The position numbers were made by a program, and so were the translations under genes. Below are positions 1 to 8,100 of a stretch of DNA of 9,015 bases, piece by piece. A model generated the notes under the pieces. It searched no databases and had not been told where the DNA came from. It saw only the letters and a program-made list of their open reading frames with translations. Position 1 is the stretch's first letter; each line of letters starts with the position of its first letter. This stretch comes from Octopus sinensis (Eukaryota): the NCBI RefSeq assembly GCF_006345805.1, contig NW_021828185.1:1-9015 (forward strand), read 5' to 3'.

Positions 1-101
1 TTCTTCTTCTTCTTCTTCTCTTCTCTTCCCTCCTCCTCCTCCTCCTCCTCTTCTTCTTCTTCAGTCCCTTCCAGGAACCTCATATATATATATATATATA
101 T

Positions 102-132
<31 letters not shown>
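1..132. repeat. (TTC/TCC)n at 1-61 and (TA)n-(GA)n at 82-132
   Basis: Read directly. Confidence 0.95.
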
Positions 133-136
<4 letters not shown>

Positions 137-137
137 A

Positions 138-455
138 GGCGCATGGCCTAGCAGTTAGGGTGTTGTACTCCCGATCGCCAGATCATAGTTTCAATTCTCA
201 GCCCAGGTAGTACGTTGTGTTCTTGAGCGGAAACAATTCATCTCACGTTGCTTTGCGATCACTTCGACATTTGACACGCAGTAGACTTGTGCACCTGTTC
301 AGGTAACGTCGATTTGATGGAGAGAGTTAGTTAATGTACAGCACGTACATTTGATCACTATAAACGAATCATTTGATCACAATAAACGAATCATTTGCGC
401 AGCTCGTTCAAAAAAATTGATTGCTCATGCGTCGACTTTCATGGGGAGAGTCCCT
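138..455 (+). mobile_element. tRNA-derived SINE, degenerate
   Basis: A-box-like TGGCCTAGCAGTTAGG (144-159) and B-box-like AGTTTCAATTC (187-197). These are followed by GTTGTGTTCTTGAGC...CACGTTGCT, which is shared with the element at 2355-2628. It is bounded by (GA)n and (CA)n. Confidence 0.75.
348..397 (+). repeat. 22-bp tandem duplication (2.3 units) inside the SINE
   Basis: CATTTGATCACTATAAACGAAT (348-369), CATTTGATCACAATAAACGAAT (370-391), CATTTG (392-397), with one mismatch between the full units. Confidence 0.95.
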
Positions 456-556
456 CACACACACACATACATACAAACATACATTCATACGTATATACAT
501 ACATTTATTCATACAAACATACATTCATTCATACGTAGATACATTCCTTCATACAT
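456..556. repeat. Imperfect (CA)/(CATA)/(CATT) microsatellite
   Basis: Read directly. Confidence 0.9.
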
Positions 557-744
557 CACTACACACATTTTTTCTCTCCTTGTTTCTCTCCTTGTTTCTT
601 TCTGCGTTCCTTTCTGTAGAAGAGCGTAGGCTCGAAACATAAAAGACTTTTTCAATTCCTGAGCGTTATACTAATACATCTGTTTGTTTTATACACCACC
701 TGTCTTCGTCTTTTGTTTTTGTTTTTTTTTCGTGAATTCTCCCC
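557..744 (+). repeat. Dispersed ~180-bp repeat, copy 1, with hammerhead-like motif at 610-645
   Basis: Colinear with 3482-3649 (shared TTTCTCTCCTTGTTTC, GAAGAGCGTAGGCTCGAAAC, GCGTTATACTAATACATCT, TACACCAC, TTCTCCCC). Microsatellites flank both sides. Confidence 0.9.
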
Positions 745-821
745 ATACATACATACATACATACATACATACATACATACATACATACATACATACATAC
801 ATACATACATACATACATACA
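744..821. repeat. Perfect (CATA)~19 microsatellite
   Basis: Read directly. Confidence 0.98.
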
Positions 822-1100
822 CAGGAAATATCAGCCAAGTACCTGATGCACAAAAGAGATAGAGATGCAGGAAAACCCGTAAACTGTGAGAACTGATGCA
901 GACTTTGTGGAGTTCACACTGAAGATATCACCCACATAATAAGCAGTTGTCCGAAAATGTCATCACGATATTATCTTCCGATGAGACATGATGTTGTAGC
1001 TTGGACACTCTATAATGAAATCCGACGGAAGGATAATCCCGAGGAGAAAGAAATAAAAACCCATAATATGCTAGAAGCCACAGCAGCTCATAATGAAAAG
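822..1100 (+). pseudogene. Fragment of an RLE-type (R4/Dong-like) non-LTR retrotransposon ORF, CCHC knuckle region
   Basis: One frame across the stop at 894-896 reads [70 protein letters not shown]...HNEK. This is the CxxC-E-H-C knuckle followed by RH(D/N)xVA, which precedes the restriction-like endonuclease. Confidence 0.85.
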
Positions 1101-1121
1101 GATAGTATATTTATATGTTTA

Positions 1122-1514
1122 CTAGCAGTATCACCCGGCGTTGCTCGGGTTTCTTTCAACCCTTTAGAATTGGAATGTTTGAAAAGTAAAAATTTTGCAT
1201 TATGTAGCTTGTTATTCTTTTTAAGGAAACCTTTATCTGGTTGAAATACACCGAAATATGGCGACACAGCAGTGAAAAAAACGTAAAAAAATTGGGATTT
1301 TCATAGAAAAAAAGCACCTTTTTGATGCAAATAATTTTTGGTGTTAACATGGTCCGATTTGAATTTTTTCTTCTTCTTCGGAAGAGCAAACCTTCTTCTA
1401 TCATACTCTTAGTTTTGGTCAACTTGTGCGGCAGGGTCTCGGAGGAGATAGTGTTAATTGAAGGCTACCAAACCTGCCATACACAGACAACTTAGCTTTA
1501 TATATAGAGAGAGA
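1122..1514 (-). mobile_element. Non-autonomous Helitron, apparently complete (393 bp)
   Basis: On the minus strand it starts A|TCTCTCTCTATATATAAAG (1515|1514) and ends CTAG|T (1122|1121). A GC-rich hairpin ACCCG..CGGGT (1133-1150) lies ~8 nt before CTAG. This matches the canonical TC...CTRR ends, AT target site and no TSD. Confidence 0.85.
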
Positions 1515-1515
1515 T

Positions 1516-1534
1516 TTATATCATATATTATTAT

Positions 1535-1579
<45 letters not shown>

Positions 1580-1660
1580 CATATACATGCATATGTATGT
1601 GCATATACATGTATACATACATACGCATATACACTGTATCTGTGTGCGTGTGTATAGCTA
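1516..1660. repeat. Imperfect (TA)n/(CATA)n/(TG)n microsatellite
   Basis: Read directly. Confidence 0.9.
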
Positions 1661-1936
1661 TAGCCATATAGAGCCCTTCCCCACACACACACTCCCATCA
1701 TGATAATCACTGAACCATTGATCAATTATAAAAAAAAACCTGCACTAAAACCTCTTCCTTCAAAAAATAACAACCAAATAAATAAATAAAAAACCTCCAC
1801 ACAATTCCTGCCGTCGGCCATTTTATATATCCCACACCCTCCACGTCGCCTTCACTAACCACCACCACCACCATCCTCACACTTATTAATTGATAAATTA
1901 TTTATATTTTTATCGTATTGTTATTACTCTGAGTGA

Positions 1937-2008
1937 TTTCTCTTTCTTTCTTTCCTTCTTTCTTTCTTTCTTTCTTTCTTCTCTCCCTCTCTCCTTCCTC
2001 TCCTTTCC
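1937..2008. repeat. (TTTC)n/(TC)n polypyrimidine tract
   Basis: Read directly. Confidence 0.9.
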
Positions 2009-2120
2009 AATTTACTTATTCAAGGTCATGTTGGAAGTCAGTGGGGTACATGTTTATTTATAGACTTGTATTTGCATACATTCATTAATAAAATTGACAT
2101 TAGTAATAATGGTGCTGTTA

Positions 2121-2156
2121 CTGCTGCTGCTGCTGCTGCTACTACTACTACTACTA
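2121..2156. repeat. Compound (CTG)n-(CTA)n microsatellite
   Basis: Read directly. Confidence 0.95.
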
Positions 2157-2171
2157 AACGAAAATAATATT

Positions 2172-2320
2172 CCTTTCTTCCATAAGCTCAAGGCCAGAAA
2201 TTTGGTGGGGGTGGGGTACTAAGTCGGTTACTTCGACCTCAGTACACAACTGGTACTTATCGATTCCGCAAGGATAGGATTTGGAATGAGTATATAAAGA
2301 CGGACGAAATGCCGCTAAGT
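2172..2320 (-). mobile_element. Degenerate tRNA-derived SINE with internal deletions
   Basis: The reverse complement contains CTTAGCGGCATTTCGTCCGTCTTTA...GATAAGTACCAG...GTCGAAGTAACCGAC...AAATTTCTGGCCTTG, which I recall as an abundant octopus SINE. The family assignment was not checked by search. Confidence 0.65.
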
Positions 2321-2354
2321 CCGGAGTATTGAGGTAGTGATGTTGTGAGGTAGT

Positions 2355-2628
2355 GCGTGTTGTGTTCTTGAGCAAGGCACTTTATTTCATGTTGCTCCAG
2401 TTCCCTCAGCTGTAGAAATGAGTTGCGTCGTCACTGGTTCCGAGCTGTATCGATCCCTTTGCCGTTCCCTTGGATAACATCAGTGGCATGGAGAGCGGAG
2501 GCTGATCTGCGTGGGTGACTGCTGGCCTTCCACAAATAACTTCGCTCGGGTCTGTTTCACGGAGGGAAACTTTCTAGATGCAATCCCATGGTCATTGATG
2601 AACGAAAGGGGGTCTTTTCCCTTCCCTT
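2355..2628 (+). mobile_element. SINE body lacking its tRNA head
   Basis: Starts with GTGTTGTGTTCTTGAGCAAGGCACTTTATTTCATGTTGCT, a CORE/V-like central motif homologous to 211-260, and ends ...GAAAGGGGGTCTTTTCCCTT. It resembles a recalled octopus SINE. Confidence 0.7.
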
Positions 2629-2640
2629 AATGTAAATTTA

Positions 2641-2909
2641 TAGCTGACCGTAACCTTTCTGTTTCTCACTGGTTTTGGAAGGTATCTTCACATCTGATGG
2701 TCAACTAATCTCTATAACTACAAGATTTCCTTGTTTTCCCATAAACAACAATATCAAGTCTATTGTGATTGCATTCGACGAAAGTTACGACGGGAATGTT
2801 CCATCAATTTTCCTTGTGTTGAAACACATGTATGAACTCAACAAGAATTTATCCATATGCACTCTTTCTCACGGTTGGCTTTGCGTATTGTTTTGGCAAC
2901 ACGGTCACG
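2641..2909 (-). pseudogene. Second RLE-type LINE fragment, restriction-like endonuclease domain
   Basis: The minus-strand translation with two frameshifts reads RDRVAKTIRKANREKEC / ILVEFIHVFQHKEN*WNIPVVTFVECNHNRLDIVVY / GNLVVIEIS*PSDVKIPSKTSEKQKGYGQL. This fits the NRPDIV...IEISCP...EK..Y pattern of PD-(D/E)xK RLE domains (PD degenerate to LD at ~2744-2764). Confidence 0.8.
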
Positions 2910-3006
2910 CCATATGAAAGGGTCACAGCTGTCGACCTGCAACAGCGTTAGCGATATCGGGAAACCTGCGAAAGCCTTAGGCACTGCTCTTTGCCTCCAA
3001 AACACA

Positions 3007-3084
3007 GTGTCTTCTGCTATAGTCTCGGGCCAACCAAAGCCTTGTGAGTGGATTTAGAAGACGAAAACTGAAAGAAGCCCGTCG
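3007..3084 (+). mobile_element. 3' half of a SINE (tail ...GAAAGAAGCCCGTCG running into (TA)n)
   Basis: 3007-3026 GTGTCTTCTGCTATAGTCTC matches the reverse complement of 8378-8397 (GTATCTTCTACTATGGCCTC), linking the two as halves of one family. Confidence 0.7.
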
Positions 3085-3141
3085 TATATATACATATATA
3101 CATACATACAAACATAATATATATATATATATATATATAAT

Positions 3142-3174
<33 letters not shown>
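3085..3174. repeat. Interrupted (TA)n microsatellite
   Basis: Read directly. It follows the SINE tail. Confidence 0.95.
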
Positions 3175-3175
<1 letters not shown>

Positions 3176-3430
3176 CGTTCGTATACATTCGATGCTTTTT
3201 TCCAAGGAATCTAATGCTCTTAGCTTAGTTTTTTCCTTGGGGCAGGCCAGATTGGAGCAATCTCAAGATTAATCAGCCGAAATTGCGAGGATGATCCGGT
3301 TCTTGACTGAGGATAAAAAGATTCGAATGACCCATCCTTGTTTTTTTTGTATCGTCAATCTGGATGTTTTGTTGTCCCTTTTTGTATCACCTAGTTGTCC
3401 GGATGTTTTGTGTTCTTGTCCAATTTTGTA
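3175..3430. repeat. Probable unclassified dispersed repeat
   Basis: Microsatellite-bounded block with an 8-bp inverted repeat CCAAGGAA/TTCCTTGG (3202-3209/3233-3240) and a partial internal duplication (TTTGTATC...GGATGTTTTG twice). No second copy is present in the window. Confidence 0.4.
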
Positions 3431-3436
3431 TTATAT

Positions 3437-3438
<2 letters not shown>

Positions 3439-3469
<31 letters not shown>
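3439..3469. repeat. (CA)n microsatellite
   Basis: Read directly. Confidence 0.97.
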
Positions 3470-3471
<2 letters not shown>

Positions 3472-3481
3472 GATCGCTAGC

Positions 3482-3649
3482 CACTACACATTCTTTATTT
3501 TCTCTCCTTGTTTCTTTCTGTGTTCCTTTCTGTGGAAGAGCGTAGGCTCGAAACGTTAAAGACGTTTTCACTACACGTGCGTTATACTAATACATCTCTT
3601 TGTTGTCTACACCACGGGTTTCCGTCTTTTTTTTTGTGATTTCTCCCCC
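3482..3649 (+). repeat. Dispersed ~180-bp repeat, copy 2, with hammerhead-like motif at 3526-3561
   Basis: Direct-orientation homologue of 557-744, lying just after a (CA)n tract and ending at (TA)n. Confidence 0.9.
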
Positions 3650-4480
3650 TATATATATATAGGTTAGTACAATCCAGAGATCCTTGTGTGGGAAATTAGT
3701 AAGCTTCAAGCATGAACACAGCTAGTACAGATGACAAAATTTGGACAATATATGATGAAAAGGGTTTATTTAACCCTTGTAAGCTACGCACTTCGTCCCA
3801 TATTGAAACCAAAGGAAATTTTGATAAGCTGGCAGTCGTCAAACAATTGACGGTTTAGCAGGTAAAGTTACTAAGAACACGAATAAAAATCAGAAAATGT
3901 AAGGAATGGAAAAGGTAAATAAAAATTACAAATGTTTCCTAATGAAAACAATGATTGTTACATAACTTGTGAAATACCCAAAACCTGCTGAGCTAATCTT
4001 CAGGTTTTATTAGCTTGAAGTTGTTTATATTTTCGCCTGAAGACGTATAAATGACTCATCTTCAGCAGAAATGGCGAATTGACAAGAGAAACAATATCAA
4101 GTGACTAATGAAATTAATTGTTAATAGCTAAGTTGCACTAAAAGGAAATATGGTGGATGTGTGTGTGTGTGTACATATGTCATTTAATCGAAGGAGAAGG
4201 GCGCCGAGTAAGGGAGCAGAGAAGATGAAGATAACTAAAAGAAGGATGACGGACAAGCGAGTCTCAGGCGGAGCAAGAAAATTCCTTTACACTTTGGCGT
4301 GAGGGAGAATGGAGGGGACAAAAAGAAAACCGATGGCGTATTAAGTTGATCGATAATTCTTGACAGCTGACAGATAAATTATTGGAGCATTCTAACAAAT
4401 GAGTAATAAGCCATTCAAGAAGTAATTAACGCTGAGATCGAATTTACGGGAGAAAAAAAAATATATATAAAAAGGTGCAT

Positions 4481-4497
4481 CACTCTCTCTCTCACGT

Positions 4498-4533
<36 letters not shown>

Positions 4534-4686
4534 CCTCTCTCTCCCTCTCTCTCTCCCCCTCTCTCTCTCCCTCTCTCTCTCCCCCCTCTCTCTCTCTATC
4601 TATCTATCTATTTATCTATCTCTCTATCTCTCTATCCGTCTGTCTGTCTCCTATATCTATCTATCCATCTATCTATCTATCTATCT

Positions 4687-4741
<55 letters not shown>
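4481..4741. repeat. Compound (TC)n-(TCTA)n microsatellite, ~260 bp
   Basis: Read directly. It abuts the LINE left end. Confidence 0.97.
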
Positions 4742-4742
<1 letters not shown>

Positions 4743-5119
4743 ACTCAAACAAAGCAGGGGGAAATACATCTTCCGAAGACATTTCAAAACCCAACACAAA
4801 CAACAGCCACACCAACACCACAAAAATATATACAGCAAACATGCTCACAGCTATAGACACCAAAAACACAAATTTGATGGAATACATCAAATCAAAAACA
4901 AATATAACAGAAGATGACATAAAAACAAACAATCACCCATACACAACACCACTGGACCACATCAAAATATTACATATCTCCAGAAGTCTGCACCACACAC
5001 TAAAAAGCATTTTCCCCAGTGCGGTTGGTAAATGCCAAAAATACCTCACAAAGAAACTTTACTGGGATCTCCTCGAGGACAAACCAAAGGAGGAGAAAGC
5101 AAAAACTTTCGAGCAGTAA
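4742..5119 (+). pseudogene. Probable ORF1 C-terminal remnant (125 codons + stop; start missing)
   Basis: A stop-free, non-microsatellite frame (NSNKAGG...KLYWDLLEDKPKEEKAKTFEQ*) ends 44 nt before the ORF2 ATG on the same strand. No RRM or CCHC is recognisable, so the call is positional. The upstream part of track ORF 4475-5119 is only microsatellite translation. Confidence 0.6.
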
Positions 5120-5159
5120 GTAACCCTCTGTTCCTTTCACTTGTACTCTAATTCATTAG
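5116..5159 (+). other. Candidate 44-nt GT-AG intron overlapping the ORF1 stop and ORF1-ORF2 spacer
   Basis: Donor CA|GTAAGT at 5116-5121, pyrimidine-rich interior, branch-like TTCAC (A5139) and CTAAT (A5151), acceptor TTAG|G at 5159. Removal gives TTC GAG CA|G ATT ATG, in frame with ORF2. Confidence 0.45.
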
Positions 5160-5163
5160 GATT

Positions 5164-8100
5164 ATGATCAAGATTGGTTGTGTAAATGCGCGTGGCTTGG
5201 GGTCCCCTTGGAAACAAGGGTACCTCTTAAATGACATAAAGTCACACAAGTTAGAAATCATAGCCATAAGTGAGACCAGACTCCACAATCTGCGGGCCCT
5301 AAAGACCATGTTTGGCGGATAGTTCAACATTTATTTTCCCCCCTGTCTGCCAAGAATGGGCGGTAGTGGCACCACGGTACTTTTTTGCAAGAGTCTGGAT
5401 TTCAAAGTAAAGACAATATTCGTAGACCCGGAAGGTAGACTGGTCGTCTTGGATGTCGACGGCAGCAATGGGTGCGCTTTTCGACTCGTATCAGTCTACG
5501 CACCGCCTTTAACAGGTCGGGCGGATTTCTTTCAACGTCTAGAAGTATTCTTGGGAATGTCTCGTCCTTTACTTTTAGTGGGGGATTGGAATGCTACCTT
5601 GGACACGCATCTAGACTATGTGGGGAGAGACAAAAACAGAAGAGGATGCAAATGCCTCAGAGACCTGCTCAGACGCTTGCAACTGTCTGACAGGTTGCAA
5701 CTAGACCACCCGAATGCGCCAACGTGGACATGGAGCAACCGCATCGGGTCGCCGAGATCGTATCTAGATAGGATACTGTGTAGGACAGTAAATAGAGATA
5801 GCATAGGATGTCCACAATTCCACATAGTCAGCTACACGGATCACAAGCTTGTGACATGTACGCTAGATTTAGGTAAGACACATAGGCAGGGTCCCGGATA
5901 CTGGAAACTAAACGCGTCTTTCCCACCGAGACAGGTTTTCAGAGACCGGATTAGCACACTAGTAAAGAGGGCTTTGACAGGAGCCATCATCAACAACAAA
6001 TGGTGGTTTGCCCTCAAGAGAGCAGTAAAAGCAGAAGCGATTAGGTACAGCAAAGCACTAGCCATAGATAGAAATAGAGTAGCGGGTGAGCTAGTTAAGA
6101 AGCTAGAAGAGGCAATTAGAAGCGGCATCGCATCCGACGTTTTGGCGGCGAGGTTGGCCCTCGACCAACACTTCAACGCCAAACACGAAGAGTGTGTTGT
6201 CAGCCAGGATGCGTGTTCTAAGGAACGAAGGTATTGGAGCCGCGAGAGAGGCCCGGGTGGCAGAGGTGTAACAGGGCAACAAAGCCACCATTCGGTCTCT
6301 GGTAGATGAACAGGGGCGTGAATTGCTCGAGCCAAGTAAAATGTGAGAGGCCTTTCAACAGCATTTTGCCCGACTGTTCGGGACGAGTGGCGGGCAAGAA
6401 CGTAGGATGGACTTCAGTGCCTACCTACACAGCCTACCACGACTCTCGACAAGAGAGGCAGGGCGCTGCAAAGGTGCCATCACGGCGGCGGAAGAGCAGG
6501 ACGCGATGGCAGAATGCTCGAGGGACAAATCGCCGGGTCTGGATGGTCTACCCTACGAGCTTTACAATTGTATGCCAGACTTGTTTGGAGACGTCTTGGC
6601 AGCGGTATACTGCAACTGGCAGCAAAACGGAAGCATTCCTGTTTTTGTGAGCCGAGGAGCCGTAACACTGCTGAAGAAAGATCTAAACAAGGGGAATGTA
6701 ATAGATAACTTTAGGCCCATCACTCTGCTTAATGCACACTTGAAAATTTTGGCCAAGGTGTAAGCCAAGAGGTTGGCGCTTGTCATCGAGAAACTGGTTG
6801 ACAAGGCGCAAACGTGCGCCGTGCTGGGCCGGAGCATCCATGACAACCTCCACCTGATGCGCTACATCATAGACAGGTTAGTTAAGGAACCTGGCATGGG
6901 TGGGGCGCTGATCAATTGGGATCAATCGAAAGCTTTCGATAGGGTGGACCATCGATACTTGGAGGCTGTCCTCAGAGCGGCTGGTTTCGGTCCCGTCTTC
7001 CGCGGCTGGATAGCCGCTTTGTACAGAGGCATCCGTTCGGTAATTCGCGTAAATGGACATCTATCGAGACCTTTCGACATCGCACGTTCGGTCCGTCAGG
7101 GATGCCCCCTCTCATCGCTTCTATACGTATTGACTTTCGAGCATTATTGCGGAAGTTGCAAATCCGAGGGGCATCCCGCGAGAACTGGGATGCGGGACGA
7201 GCGTATCTGCATACGCGGACGACGTCACCGTCATAGTGTCTAGCCACGAGCACATCGAGCAGGTCGGCGAGACACTGAAAAACTACGAAGCGGTGACAGG
7301 AGCGAAAATCAACCTGGAAAAATCAGTGGGCTTGCGACTCATCACCTGGAGAAGCAAGTCCATGCCGTCCACCAGCGCCTCCGTCGTGGGACGCTGGACC
7401 GACGGTCCGGTCGAGTTGCTCGGGGTCTGGTTTGGTCCGGACCTCTAAATGGAGAAGAACTAGAACGAGATAACGAGTAGGGTGGTCACTCTCGCCCGGC
7501 AATAGGCCGAGAGGAAAGGATGCGTCCCGATGGTCACGCGATCCATTTACTGTCAACACCCGTTAAAAGGACTGGGCATGCCGTGGTTGATGATGCGCAG
7601 ACACGCGCTGAGACTGCGATATCTCAGGCTCTACGTAGACGACAGTGAACAGGTGTGGTCGCCGTTTGTGAGGCACGCTTTCCCGCAACTCGTCTCCATG
7701 ACAGAACTGCAGTCGTGGATCAAAAAGAGGCCGAGGAAGGGCGAATGGCACCGCGAGTGTCGCGTTGCTCTCAAGCAACTCTGCCGTTCCGGGTCGACCT
7801 TAAGTGACTCCAACACAACCCAAGCATTCTATAGGGGATTAGTGGAGGGGAGGTACGACGACGAGCTCGGGGCGAACCTGGACGTCGACGAGGAATACCT
7901 GACCCGCCTGTTCGGGACGACTTTCGGGCCAGGGCCCATGAACAACTTCCAAAGATCCCTGGCTTGGCAGTGCTACCGAGAAGCGCTACACGTTCGGGAT
8001 AAGCTCTAGAGACACGGCTCGAGAAACATGGGGCCGACCTGCCCGAGATGCGGTCAGAGCAACGAAACCGTTCTGCACGCACTCGTGCGGTGTCCAACAA

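Noticed and set aside
138-210. tRNA gene
   Set aside because: The A/B boxes are degenerate, no cloverleaf forms, and it continues into a SINE body.
348-397. CRISPR-like direct repeats
   Set aside because: The units are contiguous with no spacers, in a eukaryotic repeat context.
351-896. ORFs 351-629, 421-642 and 684-896 (HTYI-type repeats)
   Set aside because: They are translations of CATA/CA microsatellites and repeat sequence. Only 822-893 is real coding relic.
1156-1725. ORFs 1156-1422, 1458-1703 and 1531-1725
   Set aside because: They lie in the Helitron interior or TA microsatellite and have no protein motifs.
1808-1830. YY1-like CGGCCATTTT beside TATA-like TTTTATATAT (minus strand ATATATAAAATGGCCGAC)
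   Set aside because: These are short motifs in AT-rich DNA. The minus-strand ATG frame closes after ~20 codons, and there is no other promoter evidence.
2675-3205. ORFs 2675-2917, 2857-3057 and 3017-3205
   Set aside because: They are the antisense shadow of the RLE fragment, chimeric repeat junctions or TA repeats.
3285-3338. Hammerhead-like CTGAGGA...CGAAT with flanking AGGATG/CATCCT
   Set aside because: It has GAAT instead of GAAA, no pairable stem II and no NUH in register.
4032-4078. TTCGC-CTGAAGA...GAAA-TG-GCGAA hammerhead-like string and hairpin
   Set aside because: There is no stem II or III, G occupies the cleavage position, and TCTTCAG pairs with the core itself.
3660-4475. Unexplained non-repetitive stretch with small hairpins (e.g. 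AAGGGTT/AACCCTT near 3760)
   Set aside because: No ORF, terminal repeats or convincing splice signal set was found, and the 6-8 bp stems are expected by chance.
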